Below, one piece after another: positions 13,190 to 28,339 of a stretch of 64,000 bases of DNA. Source of the stretch: Octopus bimaculoides (Eukaryota); the NCBI RefSeq assembly GCF_001194135.2, contig NC_069001.1, positions 39,599,125-39,663,124 of the forward strand, written 5' to 3'. The notes beneath the pieces were generated by a model that saw only the letters and a program-made list of their open reading frames with translations, did no database searches and had not been told where the DNA came from. How positions within the stretch are numbered: the first letter of the stretch is position 1; the number at the start of each line of letters is the position of its first letter. The position numbers and the translations under genes are program-made.

Positions 13190-14155
13190 AAGGGTAAGAA
13201 TGGGGTTAAAGTAACAGAGTAGGAAGGAGTAGGGAAGATTGGCAACAGAAGGCCTCTCCCCCTCAGAGTGAAAGGCTGATTGTTTGATGCCTGTGTACAA
13301 ACTGCTATGCTGCATGGCAGTGAGAGATGGGCTGTGACAGCTGAGGACGTGTTTAGGTTTGAGACAAATGAAGCCAGTAATGCTTCGTTGGATGTGCAAC
13401 GTCAGTGTGAGTGTACGACAAAGTGTAAGCATCTTGAGAGGAAAGTTAGGCGTAGGAGGCATCAGGTGTGGTGTGCAAGAGAGATGACTGCACGGGTATG
13501 GTCATGTGATGTGTATGGACGAGGATAGCTGTGTAAAGAAGTGCCAGTCTCTAACTGTGGAGGGAACGATTGGTAAAGGTAGACCCAGGAAGACATAGGA
13601 TGAGGTGGTGAAGCATGATCTTTGAACTTTGAGCCTCACAAAGGCAATGATTGGTGACCGAGATCTTTGGCGATGTGCTGTGCTTGAGAAGACCTATCAA
13701 GCCAAGTGCACTCATGCTGAGGGCATGTAAAGAACATCTCTTTTGAATGTTGGGCCTCACAGAGACAAAGTGGCTGAGTTCCTTTCAAGTGTTGGGCCCC
13801 ACAAAGGCAATAGCCAAGACCTTTGGCATTATGTTGTGCTTGAAAAGAAGATCCATGAAGCTGAGCAAAATCGTAGTCATGACAGATATCGATGTCATGC
13901 AAATTGGCACCCATGCAGTGGCACATAAATGCACCCCAGTGTCACGCAAATGGCACCTGTGTTGGTGGCATGTAAAAGCACCCATTACAATCTCAGAGTG
14001 GTTGGCATGTTAGGAAGGGCATCCAGCCGTAGAAAACCATGCCAAATCAGACTTGAGTCTGGTGCAGCCTTCCAGTGTGCCAACACAATCAACCCGTCCA
14101 ACCCATGCCAGCATGGACAATGGACATTAAATGATGATGATGATGATGATGATGA
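13190..14155 (+). mobile_element. Decayed RTE-clade LINE 3' portion with 3' UTR and (GAT)n tail
   Basis: Frameshifted homology FDACVQTAMLHGSERWAV...GKGRPRKT*DEVVKHDL...DRDLWRCAVLEK, then an internal partial duplication (~13745-13860), then the ...gttaggaagggcatccagc...acccatgccagcatgga...(gat)n tail. Confidence 0.8.
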
Positions 14156-15509
14156 TATATATATATATGAGTGAGACGGAATTGGTAGAGCATCAGATGA
14201 AGTGCCCTGTAAATTTATGGGCTTTTTTTTTAAATTCTGAGTACAAAACTTAAGGAGTCAATTTTGCTGTTTATCCTTCAGAGTTCAATAAAGCACAAGG
14301 TCAGAGGTCAGATAAATCACAATGGGTTTGTTTTACTTGTTTCTTCATTAAATTCTTAAACTGGAAGAAGTTAGATATATACTTACATATAAACACACAC
14401 ACACACGTGCACACACACACACACACACATTCATACTTACAGTTAAATATACATAAAAACACATTCATTGATGCATATACATATATACTACATATAAATA
14501 TACATTAACATTATAAATACAGGCATACTAACACATATACACATACACATATATACATGTATACATACATACACGCATATACAATTATACTTACATATAG
14601 ATGTTCATATATACATAAGCATAGACAGGTATGTGTTTATGTTAACGTTATGTAATATAAAGTGTTACATACAAAAGCCATTCAGTTTGTATTATACGTG
14701 GGTGGGGGTTAGTGAATCAAGATGAAAAGATGGTAGAAGAGGAGCTACAAGAAAAGACAGTCTTTAAGAAGCCCACGTGTAAGGGGTCTAAGAGTCTCCC
14801 TTAAAATCAAAGCCTTAGGCCTAGTTTATTATTATCAATATTATGTGTATATATATTTTTTCCCCCATTATTTCTATGAATACAAATGAATTTATAGCAG
14901 GAGCCAACAGTCCAACAACACCTGCTGTATTACTGTAGAAGATGTAACACTAACAACTGCTATTATGACAACCTGCTTCTGCTGCTGCCGCTGCTGCTGC
15001 TGCTACTAGCAATTATTCTGTTGCAGCTTTAGCAGGTTGTTGTTCGTGTTGGCGGTGGTGGTGGTGGTGGTGTAGCATCAGTAGAACAGCTATTAGATGC
15101 ATTATTACGCCACTGCAGCTGATTGTGTAGCAGCAACAGTTGCAGTCTTGTGTCGAGGCACCATCAACATGCCACTGCATCGAGGATGTGTGGTAAGAGA
15201 TATTGCAAGCGCAGTAACTGTCGACATGGTGCAGCAGCAGCAGCAGTGGCAGCAGCAATAAAACATCTCCAGGCTGTTGCTTTTGTTGTTGTTGTTGTTG
15301 TTGTTACCAATGTGTAACTAACAGTGATCCTTGCAACTTGTGCACTTGTGTGTCCCTTCCGTTGCAGCCCTCTCACACAAATCTCTTTACTTCCATCTTC
15401 TGAATATTTTGCTTTCTTTAAAACAAAAATACATCGAAAAAATATAATTAATAAAAAAAAGAAAAATCATTTATTTCATTTTTATCATATTTGTAAATCT
15501 GGACAACAT

Positions 15510-15930
15510 GTATGTGTGTGTGTGTATGTATGTGTGTGTGTATGTATGTGTGTGTATATGTGTGTGTGTATGTATGTGTGTGTATGTATGTGTGTGTATA
15601 TGTGTGTGTGTATGTATGTGTGTGTGTATATGTGTGTGTGTATGTATGTGTGTGTGTATATGTGTGTGTATATGTATATGTATGTGTGTATATTTATATG
15701 TAGATATGTATGTGTGTATGTGTACATATGTGTGTGTTTGTGTGTATGTATATATATATGTGTGTGTGCGTGTATGTGTATATATGTGTGTGCGTGTGTG
15801 TGTATATATATGCATGTGTGTATGTATATATGTGTGTGTGTATATATATATGTGTGTGTGTATATATATATATATGTGTATATATGTGTGTGTGTGTATG
15901 TATGTATGTTTGTATGCATGTATATATGTT
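15510..15930. repeat. Compound (TG)/(TA)/(TATG) microsatellite
   Basis: Seen directly; it generates the VC/HT/YI pseudo-ORFs. Confidence 0.95.
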
Positions 15931-17059
15931 ATGGAAACACAAGTCATTAATAATCAATGACAGGTATAATCAATATAATAATAATAATAATAATAATAAA
16001 CAGATAACTGGTTATTAATATCATTATACCTAACAGAAATAATGCTCACACCTCATAGGTTTTAAATTCAGTCCCACTGAACATCCTGGCCAAGTATCTT
16101 CTACTACAGCCCCAAGTCAACGAAAAAATCTTGTGAGTGGATTTGGCAGATGGAAACTGGAAGAAGCCCTTGTGTGTGTGTGTGTAACCTTGTCATAATT
16201 CCTCCTCCTCAGCATTATCACTAGCAACATTTTCACATTCTCTTTTCATCGAAGCACATTTTGTATAGTTGGATGCTCTTTCTGTCACCAACCCTCCCCT
16301 GTCATCAAGCAAGGTCATATTCCTCATGACCAGGCAATTTTACAACTATCACAAGACAAAGAGATCATCACACACACATTATATACAAAGGGTTTGTTTC
16401 AGTTTCTATCTGCCAAATCCATCCACCAGGCTTTGGTTGGTGCAAGGATACACAAGAAAACATTTGTTGAAAGTGCTGCACAATGGGATTGAACCTGAAG
16501 CCAAATGGTTGGGGAATGACCTTCTGAGCCACATCTTCATTATTTCTACAACTAAACTTGCACTCACCTGATGAGTGACCTTCAGAGCAGTCGGCAAGTT
16601 TACCATTATTCTCTTAATGTATCTGTAGCAAATTAAGGCGTTCTTGTTGATTCTTTGTCGTAAGCAAGTTTCAATAGCAATAACTGATGTATAACCTCAT
16701 CATTGTTTCTCCAACAGTGCCCACCCCACAGGAATCTTCCATGCCACAGAGTGGTTGGCATTAAAAGTAGACTGAAATAAAGCCTAACATTTCCATCAAA
16801 TGTAGAGTGTGAACATCATTGAACTGATCGTAGTACATGCCTTTGGAGTAATCCTTCAGTTTAATATTGAACTATTTATCTCTATTATGAACATAAAAGC
16901 AAACACACACACATATATACATATGTATGTGTGTGTATGTATGTATGTGTGTGTGTATGTGTATGTATGTATGAATGAATCTATGCTCCTTTCTACTATC
17001 AATTATCTGAAGTCTTCCTGTAAGGATGGAGCTGGTTTCTAACAGAGACAAAGCTCCAT

Positions 17060-17785
17060 TGTTCAAACGTAGATAACAAAAACAATGTCACATGTTCAGC
17101 TTGAGAAAAGTCTTGCATATTTTTACTCTTCCTCTTACAGATTCTATCAGATTAGATGGTTGATTTCTTTTTCTGTAAACCCCAGCTTCTCCAAAAATGC
17201 CAATAACAAAACCAAATGTACCAATTATTATTGGTATAAATGTAATCTAGGCATAGAATTTGGAGGCTTTAAAGCAGTTGCTTGCAGTTGTCCTGTTTCT
17301 CTTTGATTTTTGATGAGATATTCCCATCAGCAGGGCAGCTGAACTCTAAGACGGTACACATTCTTTGCTTGTTCCAAATGGCAAAATCCAACCTGTTGTT
17401 TTTACATTTAGTAGAGGTTTTGATGGGAATGTTCCACCAGTATTCCTTGTGTTGATGTTTATGTATCTGTTCAACAACAAAGAGACTTTTTTTAATATTT
17501 ATCTCAGGGCAGTCATTTCTTTGTTTCACATTAAATTGTTTTTGAGACAATGTTCTGCTGCTGTTGTTTAGCAAGTGCTGAATGAGAGACACTCGACCTC
17601 CATCCTCTCCTTTAGGTAGAGCCTGTTGATTTTACAGTTTCTGTGGAAGTTTCTAGTTGATGTCAAGACTTTGCAAGTTTTGATGTCTATGGAATGGACC
17701 AGTGAAGTATCCCAAACATTGGCACCATCACTGGTACTGCAAATGTATTGTGGGATATGGTCTTATTGTAAGAGACAAGTTCCAA
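17060..17785 (-). mobile_element. Decayed R4/Dong-clade non-LTR retrotransposon fragment with restriction-like endonuclease (REL) domain
   Basis: Minus strand gives [24 protein letters not shown]...GEDGGR (post-RT region), then EYWWNIPIKTSTKCKNNRLDFAIWNKQRMCTVLEFSCPADGNISSKIKEKQDN...FIPIIIGTFG. This is the REL (R)PD..E...K..K..Y...PIIIG pattern, with PD altered to LD. Confidence 0.7.
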
Positions 17786-17990
<205 letters not shown>

Positions 17991-20900
17991 ATTCACAGAT
18001 AATGGAGACCAGAAATCCAAAACTGACTGAAAACATGGTGAAAATATTTGTAGAGAAAATAATTTTATTTCACAGATTTACTATTTTTATCAAAGAAAGT
18101 CTGCTTTCTTTAATTCATAGATAAATATTTGTCTTTAGTTGATCAAATTGAAATAGTTTAATTTTAAAACATTTCATAAACAGCCTTTTTATCTAATTTT
18201 TTTTTTTTGTTTTGTTTGTTTATTACCAAATCTTGTTTCTGTGACAGCTTCTAAATGAATTATGGGAAGAGAATCATTTAAAAGTCATTTTTCATTCATT
18301 GTTATTAACTTCTGCTTATGTCTACCTCGTGCTGCTCCATTGGTTTTTGTCTGCTCTGTCAAAAGCAATATTGTAGTTGGCCAATAATGTTATAAAAACT
18401 AAATAGTTAATTTGTTCCTACTTACTTGTTCTTAACACTAATTACACTCATTAACACTGTTATCCAAGCCAAATTGGACACAATTACACATTGGTCAAGA
18501 TCTAATTCTGGTTCACTTCTCCATTCTCCTGGTTGTAATCTGCGATGTGTTCAAACAAACGTAACCCAGTTGTCCATAAGTTCAATTCTGCCTTTCCTCC
18601 CTCCCACCTCCTCTCTTTCTCTCTCTCCAGTTTCTTCTCTGTCTATATTATTCTCCCCACCACCACCCTCTCATAGCTATCAATCTCTTCATATTTTTCC
18701 GCCCTCGTTCCCCCCCCCACCACCACCACCATATCATCTCACTCTCTCTCTCTCCTCTTTTATCTCCTTCAGTCATCAGAGCCTCTTTAGAAACTCAGCC
18801 CTACAGACTGATTATCCCTTCCACTTGACCAAAGATATCCTTATTTTGAAGTGAACTTAAAATGCCTTTAGTTTTCCATAGAAGATTGTAGAACACAAAA
18901 TCTGGACAATCAACTGCTGTTTCCCAGGTCCCGACTGCTCGGTCATTTCTGAACTGCTCGGTCATTAGCAGCGCTAAAGAGATGACTTGGCCAAAAATGT
19001 TTTCCAATTGCTTTTACATTCACAAAAAATGTTTGTCTCTCTCTGGTGTTCCTCCTGCAAATGACAATAATAACTGTTAATGATGTTGCTTTAACTGTTG
19101 AGCTCTCATCACTTGGGTCCATTCACTTGGATAATCCTGCAATTATCAGAAGAAGAAATAATTCTATGGTGATGCTTATGGCAGTGGTGGTGCTTGTGAT
19201 GGTGCCAGTGGCTGTAAAATGGTACTCATTTTGGTTAAGCTTGTACAAAGAAGGTAACATCACACCTGAAGATGATCAGAAAATAGAACCAATTGAAACA
19301 TTGTTTTAAAAGATAGAAATGAGTGTCAGGTGAGGGGAATTAGGTTAACTCATCAGAGGTGTTCAATTATTTCAATTAAATTAATATTTATGAGACATTG
19401 CACTTGTAGGTGATTATTCTGGTCATCTTTACTGAAACTTGATAATACACTAATTATTCTTTATTCATTAATAACCTTCTCATAATCAAGAAATGCAATT
19501 ATCTAAGTTCATTGACCATGAAATAATTAGCATCAAAGAACTGGAGATTGTGACATTGCTTTCTTTGAATAGAATTTAATTATAAAAACAAGACACTTCT
19601 TTATTTTTAATTTCATCAAAGAAGAAGAAAATGAAAAGAAAAAACGTAATATATATTATTTTTCATTCTAAATATTTTTTCCGACATAATAAAATGTCTA
19701 AGAATCATTTAATTCCTCTTTTAAACAGCGTCAGATCAGAAACCCTACAGTTCAAAGCACAACTGGAAACTTAACCTATTATTAACTTCTATCTTAACAT
19801 TTATTAATAACGGAAACTTATGTTGTCATGTGACAAATATAACAACGCTTTCGGCTGCTCTCCACTTCTCCATCTCATTATCTCTCCTCTCTCTCTCTCT
19901 CCTTTTATTTGTTCAGTCTCTCTCTCTCCTGTTATCTTTCCTCTCTCTCTCTCTCCATTTATCTGTTGTATCTTTATCCTTGTCTCCATCCTATTTTCTT
20001 TCTTACAATCTTCTTCACTATTTTTCTTTTCCTTCGTTTTTCCTTGCCTAGGATAGTCTCTCATTTGCTTAAAGATGGCTTTGTATACATTGCTTACATC
20101 AACCCTAAAGTTACATTAATGTCTCCAGTTCTGTAAACATTTTTCCAATCAGATGTTTTTGTAATAATTGTCTTCCTTAATAGAAATCACTGATGATCAA
20201 GTCAACTTCATACAATTTGTTTAATTAGCCATGTTTTATGGGTAACGTCTTAAATAGGGTCAATGATAGTGGGGCTTATAGACTGGGGTGAGCAGGGTTT
20301 CCTGCTCACCAAATGATTACCTGGGAAAAAGACTCCTGAAAAGATCTTTTCAATGCCACAGTTAAGACTCGAATGTATAACTCGTACGATGGACTGATGA
20401 GAAGGAATGTTATGTCATTGTGGATGGCACGTATGGATGCTGTTGTGGTCAGATGAGGTTGTGTTGCAACCATCATTGTGCCTGTTTCATATGTAAGTCG
20501 ATGCCAACTGGTGATGAGGAGGAGAAACTTGATGGTGAAATGAGGGTCAGTGGTTTCTATTTAAAATTGAAGAAAAAAATCAATGAAGAATTAACATGTT
20601 AATTGAGTATTTAATTAGGGCTATGAAAATTAGATAATATATTGATTTCTGTCATATTGTTAAAAACCACTGTTATTAGATGAAATTGCAGGTTTATATT
20701 TTTTGAAGTAATTAAAACTAACTTGGAAACCTGACTCACTAGTTCCTTATTAATTGCTCCATAGTAGAAACATTACAGTAAATCAAGGGGAAAGTAGGAG
20801 CTCTATATATATATTTCTGTTGGGTGGTTTTAGGAAGGGCATTCAGCTGTAAGAACCCTGTAGAAAATGGAATCACCACTGACTTCTGGGTAAACATGTC

Positions 20901-21067
20901 TAACCATTATTTCCTTAAACAGGCGGAGGCTGAGGAGAGGAAAGGCATCCGGCTATCCAACAATCTGCCTTCACAAATTCCATTTGACCCATGCAGACAT
21001 GGGAAAAAAGGACATTAAAATGATGATGATGATGATGATAGGATACATACATATATATATATATATA

Positions 21068-21400
<333 letters not shown>

Positions 21401-22217
21401 AGCTGTTGCTCTTGGCTGTTTTCTCCAAACTGACCTAACTGAGAGAAGGGGACACTAAATACCTGAGTGCCAGCCCTGCCAAGGTAAACTTCACCTTTCA
21501 TTTTGTTAATGATTTATGAAATAAAATGTATCAGTCATGAGACAGAATCATCAGAACATCAGGCAGGATTCTTTGTGGTAGTTCAAGAGTTTCTGATTTG
21601 GGGAGTTAAACATTCAGGTTAAAGCCAAACCTTGACTCTGCTTAGAAGCATCTCCTCCATTGGAAGTGTTTCGACCAGATTTCTGTTTCATCCCTCCATC
21701 CTCTTCATCTCCTCTCCACCCATCTTGAATAAATGACGGATCTTCTTGGAGATGAATTTATTTTTATTGGCATTTCTTATTCCTTACATGAATCATCCAC
21801 AGCGAATGGCCATGCTGGATACATCGACACACGCATTTGGATGGATGGATGGATGTTGAGCCTAGCTATTTAATCCAATTGTGACTTGACTCAGTAAAAA
21901 CAGCCAAACTGTCATAAAACATTTGTTTTGTTTTTTAAACACCAATTAATTTAAATGTTTTACAAATCTTTTCTCTCTGCCTTCATTTCATATGAATACC
22001 CTCTCTCTCTCTCTCTGTGCCTCTCTCTCTCTTTCATACATTTCACTCGGTCTGTCTCTCCCTCTCGCTCTCCCTCTCTCTCACTCTGTGTGGCTGTCTT
22101 TTTATCTCATTCTCTCTCTTCCTCTCACACAACTCTGTGTTTCAGTCTCTTTTATTCCATCTATCTATCTATCTATCTATAATATACATGTATGTATATT
22201 TCTTTGTATGTGTGTAT

Positions 22218-22266
<49 letters not shown>

Positions 22267-23409
22267 CATTCTTCACAAGCCTGGCCAATGTTGAAAGTCT
22301 GTTTCACATTAAATTTAACTTTAAGGTTTCAACTTTTCTGTCCCCCACAATGGACCAATGTCTGCAATGCTCAAGACTAGAATCTATTAATATTAATCAT
22401 GCAAAACAACCCCCAAGGGACCCATGAAAACTAGATTTGTCGTTATTCAAGCCAAAAGGTTTGTTTGATCAAATGACAATCAACAAATAGTTATTGATTC
22501 TTGCTTCTCACCCTTGAGGCATTTACATTGCAACGCTCTGTCAGTCGACAGCACTCCCACTTATTACTACTAAACATCACAGAACCAATTAAAGCCATGC
22601 ATATCAACAACAGGAATATTTAGGACCACAAACTGTATTATTGTTATAAAATTACTCATTTAGTTATGTTCTGAAACCTCATTGCATTTAGGCCCTTCAT
22701 TTGATGATTTGACAGGCACTTGAGTCCCTTGCATTTTCATTGTTCACTGTTGAGTAATTTTAGATATTCTGATTAATATTCTGATTAAATATGTCAGGGT
22801 GTGTGTGTGTCATCATCATCATCACCATCCCTTAACGTCCTTTTTCCATGCTGGCATGGATTGGACCAGGCTCCATTTGTCTGTTTTGGCATGGTTTCAA
22901 TGGCTGGATGCTCTTCCTAATGCCAACCACTTTACAGGGTGAACTGGGTGCTTATTATGTGGCACCAGCACTAGCAAGGTTGCCAAGTAGCTTGTAAGAT
23001 GAAGACCTCTCAACTGAGAGAAGGATAGGAATTAGGGGAGTGGCTGTGATCCAGGTGAGAGTTTAGAGTTTAATAAAGGGACAGAGATAGTTGTCTTACT
23101 ATAGAGGGGACGCTCAGCTACACCAGTAGGATAGGGAAAGAAAGTCAGGAGGGGGTGAGAGAGAGAGAGAGAGTCTAGGAGAGAGAGAGAAAGCTAAATG
23201 CTTTTGAAGATGTATTGGGGGTCTATCTACAGGGAACAATGTGGTGGGGAGTAGTAGAGAGGGGATTGAGAGGAATAGTTCATAAGAGTGTGAGGATAGA
23301 TGTTTAGAGATAAGAAGATGGCTGTTGCAAGTCATAGTGAGAGAAAATGGAATGGCTGGGTATGGTAGACATGTTAGAGCATATCTACCATACCCACCAG
23401 AGATTGGGA

Positions 23410-23450
<41 letters not shown>

Positions 23451-24273
23451 TCATCATCATCATCATCATCATTGTTTAATACCCATTTTCCATATTGGGG
23501 ATGGTTTGGACCAGAGCAGACAAGATGGAGAGTTGAACCATGTTCCAGTCTGATTCCGCATGGTTTCTATGGCTGGAGTTGTCCTTCGTGACACCAGCGA
23601 CTTTATATTTGTGTGAATTGGATGCGTTTTATGTGGCAGAGTCATGGGTGCTTTGTACGTGGCACCAACACAGGTGATTCTTACGTGGTTAATTTCTATG
23701 TGGCCCCAGCATAGGACTCTTGCCAGGCAAAAATCATTTCGACGGGGAGAGGAGGAGCATTAGCGATTCTGCTGCTGCAGGGGACAAGTATTTTTGAGAA
23801 GAGCAGGGGACCAGGTATCTCAGTTCTTTTATCTTCTCCTTCATAAGTTCAGTGTCCAAAGACTGGCCTTCAGTACTTTGTCCCTTGTCTTCCTGAGTCT
23901 CCCTCTCCCACAATTGCCATCCACTTTTAGTGTGTGTGTGTGTGTGTGTGCAAACACACTCACACACATACATTCCTCAACAAACACATTCATGCACACT
24001 TCAACAAGCACACATAAACACATCATCAGATACATACACCACCAAGTACATATATACACTCAACCCCAACAATCGCATACATACAGACATAAAGGAAGGC
24101 TTATGGCAAGTGGTTAGCATATTGGGTTTCTGATCCTACTTCCATGGGTTTTGGGACCCTGTAACACATTGTGTCATTGAGCAAGGCTCTCTGTTTCATG
24201 TTGCATCAAGCTACTCCACTATAATTATCAACCAACACCAGCACCTCCAAGCACACTCTCACACACACACACA

Positions 24274-24309
<36 letters not shown>

Positions 24310-24319
24310 NNNNNNNNNN

Positions 24320-24363
<44 letters not shown>

Positions 24364-26415
24364 TTTTGCCTGTCACATCCCTGATGTAACACTGGATCAA
24401 GGATGGGAGCCATGAGGGTTCCTATGTCTGCTCATCACTGTTCAGTTAGGGAAAGCCTGGTTCACGGACCAAGTCTTGCTGGCTTTTATTTGACTGTTAA
24501 GCTTTTAGATGTGTGTGTTAAGATGTGAGTGTGTGTGTGTTAAGGTGTGTACGTATTAGGATGTGTGTGTGTGAGGTTTTCATATTCAGTTTCACTTGTT
24601 TACTAATTCTGTTTGACCAATTTGATTTATTTGGTTAAAGATTCATGTTAGTTGCAGGGGTTTATGAAGGGAAGGGATGACTGACGAATGAAGAGGGTGG
24701 TGGTGATAAAAAAAGGGACAGTAGCTGTGGAGGCTGAAAGATATGTGAGCAGGAGGGGTCTCTGGTCATTCCCCCTTCTGCCTCCCTAAATTACAGATTC
24801 TAATTAATCGATGCCAACCCAAACAAGTCCTTCAACTCCCTCATATTCTCTTCGTTTCCTGCAACAACTTCTTTTTTTCCAACTGAAACTTGTGAGAGAA
24901 AATTTAAATTTAGCCTGAGTCCTTCACTGGCAAGGACTACAATTTAATCTGGAATCCAACATCAAAGAACTGGAATAAAGCTAGATTATCCTCATCTAAT
25001 ATTATGAATTGTTGCTATGGTTACCTCACAATTATTTTGCAGCAAACAAATTTCTCAGCGCTATTACTACTGTTGCTATTGGCAACACAATTTTCAATGT
25101 TTTACGCATGTGGCTAATTTCGGATGAAGTAAACTGTGACTTGATGGAAAGAAATAATGGCAAAAGTGATTTAGCCAGAATCTTCGGTCGAGCATCAGAC
25201 AAAATGCAGAGCAGCACTAACTGTTCTGGATCTCTACACGGTGAGTTCAAATCCTGTTGAGGTCAACTTTGTCTTGTGTCATTCAGGATCAATAAAATCA
25301 GGTACGAGTCTTGAATTACTTTGAATTGACTCATACTGATGACTCCCAGCTTTCTTAAAGCAACAAAGGCTGCCAATGACTCTTTGCATAACTGGTGCTT
25401 TACAAGTTTTTTTTCTGTATGGAGTAGCAACCCACAATGTCACTAGTTTTAAAAGACAGAATGACACAAAGAAGACATTACAAACAATTTAAGAGGATGT
25501 GGAATGCATTCTTCATTGTAAGTCAACAGAAAAGACGAAAGAAGTTGGGACCCTGGATCTGGAGTGATGGATGGGGCTGTACAAACTGTCAGTGCACAGA
25601 TTATCAGAGAGTATCTACATAATACATACACGCATGTATTATGCATGTATACACACACGTATATATTTTTGTGTGTGTGTGTGTAAGTTTATATATATAG
25701 TCTAAAATGCTGGTATGGACATCACATCTTGTTGTGCATACCATCATACCTTACCATCAAATATATTAAAGGTTAATAAGTCAGTCGTGCATCCCACCTA
25801 TGTTAGCAACACTATTCAATCACTTTTTAAAGTGTATCTCTCCAGAGATAGAAACTAGAGCCAGCACTGAAAATTCCAACGTTTTGTATACGAACACGTC
25901 TATGTAAACAATGCAATCAAAGATAGAAAATAGGTGATGGGATGGTCAGTAACAACAACAACAACATTATTACTGTATCCCATGATATCACCAACATCCA
26001 TTGGATGTATTGATTTAATCTTATTGATATCTCATTATTGATAACTTCAGGAAATAGATACACCATCTACTTTATAGAATATAATTAATCTTCAAGTAAT
26101 TGCTTGAAACCTCAACTAATTGTCTTGTTTTTATATATCAACACAACTGGCAAACAATGGTTTCCAAGGTTACAGGCATTTATGATGGTGACAATGACAA
26201 AGGGAGTGTCTGCAGTTCAGTGTAGAAAATATATCACAAGGGATTTCATTTCTAGACAACAGTTTTTTTCTATTTTCTCATTGATGTTTAGTGGTGGAAT
26301 ATATCTTTGTATACACCCATATATTATATGTAAGTATGTGTATGCCAATCTGTAAATATATGTGCCTGTATGTATGTGTCTGTCTATCTAATCTATCTCC
26401 CTCCCTCCCTCCCTC

Positions 26416-26458
<43 letters not shown>

Positions 26459-26559
26459 NNNNNNNNNNNNNNNNNNNNNNNNNNNNNNNNNNNNNNNNNN
26501 NNNNNNNNNNNNNNNNNNNNNNNNNNNNNNNNNNNNNNNNNNNNNNNNNNNNNNNNNNT

Positions 26560-27110
26560 ATGCCAAAGAGACAGAAACCTCGGCAGGCCGAAGACAGAAA
26601 AGGAGAGGTGTTTGTGGACAAGCCCTTGCCTGAAAGCATTGTAGTGTCATCATTCCAGCCCAACTTGGTTTTGATAGATGAGGGTCAGAGACATGTGGTC
26701 CCTGGGGAGCTGACTGTGCCATGAGAGGAGAGCATTGCTGAGGCCCATGAGTGGAAGCTGTTGGGCTATGAAGAGCTGGTAGCTGAGATTCAGGAGAAGG
26801 GTTACATCTGTGAGCTGGTTGCGTTAGAGGTTGGCTGGAGGGGTTTCCCAGCAGCTTCTCTCAGAAGGTTTCTGAAGGTGGTTGGTGTGTCTGCTGCAAG
26901 GAGGATCATCAAGGAATGTGGGGAGAATGCTTGGATTAGCAGGAGGTTTGTGGAAGCATATAAGACCACAGAATTGGCATGAGTCCGGTTGCAACACCGT
27001 GTGGAGAGATACTGAGCAGAATGGCCAAAATATCGGTGAAGCACGGCGCTCAGCTGATGATTGCAGCCAGACAAGAAATGGAGCACTCTGTGATTTTCTT
27101 CTTCTATATA
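26560..27110 (+). mobile_element. Hero-like (R2 superfamily) REL-endonuclease retrotransposon 3' end
   Basis: One frame reads ...LPESIVVSSFQPNLVLIDEGQRHVVPGELTVP*EESIAEAHEWKLLGYEELVAEIQEKGYICELVALEVGWRGFPAASLRRFLK... The ELTVPW, (ER)K..Y..L and EVG.RG motifs are those of the REL domain. W is converted to TGA at 26722-26724; a short 3' UTR follows and then a (TA)-rich tract. Confidence 0.75.
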
Positions 27111-27273
27111 CATACATATATATATATATCTTATTTTATATATGCATGTAAGTAGGCATATGTGTTTGTAAATTCAATAATGTAACTGTCAGTATAATAT
27201 TCATGTTTTATATATATATACACCCACACACAAACAGATTGAAGATTTTTCTGATATCTAAATTCGATTTCCA

Positions 27274-27329
<56 letters not shown>

Positions 27330-27954
27330 TATGTCCAGTTCTTTTGGCAATATATAAAGAATTGTGTCGCTTTTACAAAATAGCTTCTTTATTGATAATT
27401 AGATTTTTGATCCACACAGTTCTTTGGAAAATCTCATTACTCCCCCCTCCCTCAGCTTCTCTTTCCCTCTCTCTCTACCTCCCCCTCTCTCTCTCTCATC
27501 CTCTCCTTCTTTCCTTTGTAAGGAATTAACAATGCCCAAACACCAAATTTTTCTCCTCCTCCTCCTCCTCCTCCTCAACCAAACCCCGCCAGATATAAAT
27601 AAATACAAAGACTGGTCAGTGAATCCCATAAAATCTCTAAAAAATCGATTGATATGATTGAACATCTGTGTTTATCATCAGAGAACCAAGGACTCTAAGT
27701 GCGTGTGTGTGTGCATGCACACATGTATGTGCATGCATGTGTGTGTGTATACACATACAGGAGACAATATAGAATTATAAATGTGCATGATGCATCTGGC
27801 AGAGTATCAGGGATGCTGCACCACACCATTTAACATCTGAAGAATGAAAACCAAAATCCTTAATATCTCCATTTATGAATCTCTTCTGGATTCTTACTGA
27901 CCCTTGTCCATGCCATTAATTTATCATAGTTGCCCTTAAAAGAATCAGATAGAA

Positions 27955-28250
27955 CCGGGGTCAGCAATAGATGGATCACAACCCACAAGTGGACCATTGA
28001 GATATTCCCTGTAAACCTTGGACCCTTTTTTCTAAAACACGATCAAATTTATTTGTGATCCATTGGAGAGTTGTAGTTTTTTTTTACTTATGTAAACATA
28101 TAAACATTACCTTGGATGTAATCAGAGATATTTTTATATATAAGATATAATTCATGGATCATTTTGGTGTATAAGATATGGTATACAAATGAATCGTTTT
28201 AATATGTATTGACATCTGTTTCCATTATTGGAGAAGTTGCAGTTCCCCTG
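27955..28250. mobile_element. Probable old hAT (Charlie-like) non-autonomous element
   Basis: Left end CCGGGGTCAGCAA, right end reverse complement CAGGGGAACTGCAA. No convincing TSD. Confidence 0.35.
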
Positions 28251-28339
28251 TATAAAATAAGCTTATTTCTAAACAATTGTTAATTCATGAAATGTCCAGA
28301 ACTATATTATAAAACTAGAAATATATCATTACACACCAC

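Noticed and set aside
14890-15320. Poly-Ala/His/Gln trinucleotide-rich ORFs
   Set aside because: Low-complexity (GCT/GGT/CAG/GTT) mixtures with frequent stops and no splice-supported exon.
15324-16018. Overlapping VC/HT/YI-rich ORFs (also 4810-5561, 17626-18124, 21194-21501 and 63013-63747)
   Set aside because: They are translations of dinucleotide and tetranucleotide microsatellites.
16565-16610. CTGATGAGTGAC...GTC hammerhead-like start (also ctgatga at ~20394 and a GAAAGCGTT half-motif at ~19845)
   Set aside because: The second half of the core (GAAA plus a UH triplet with a matching stem I) is missing.
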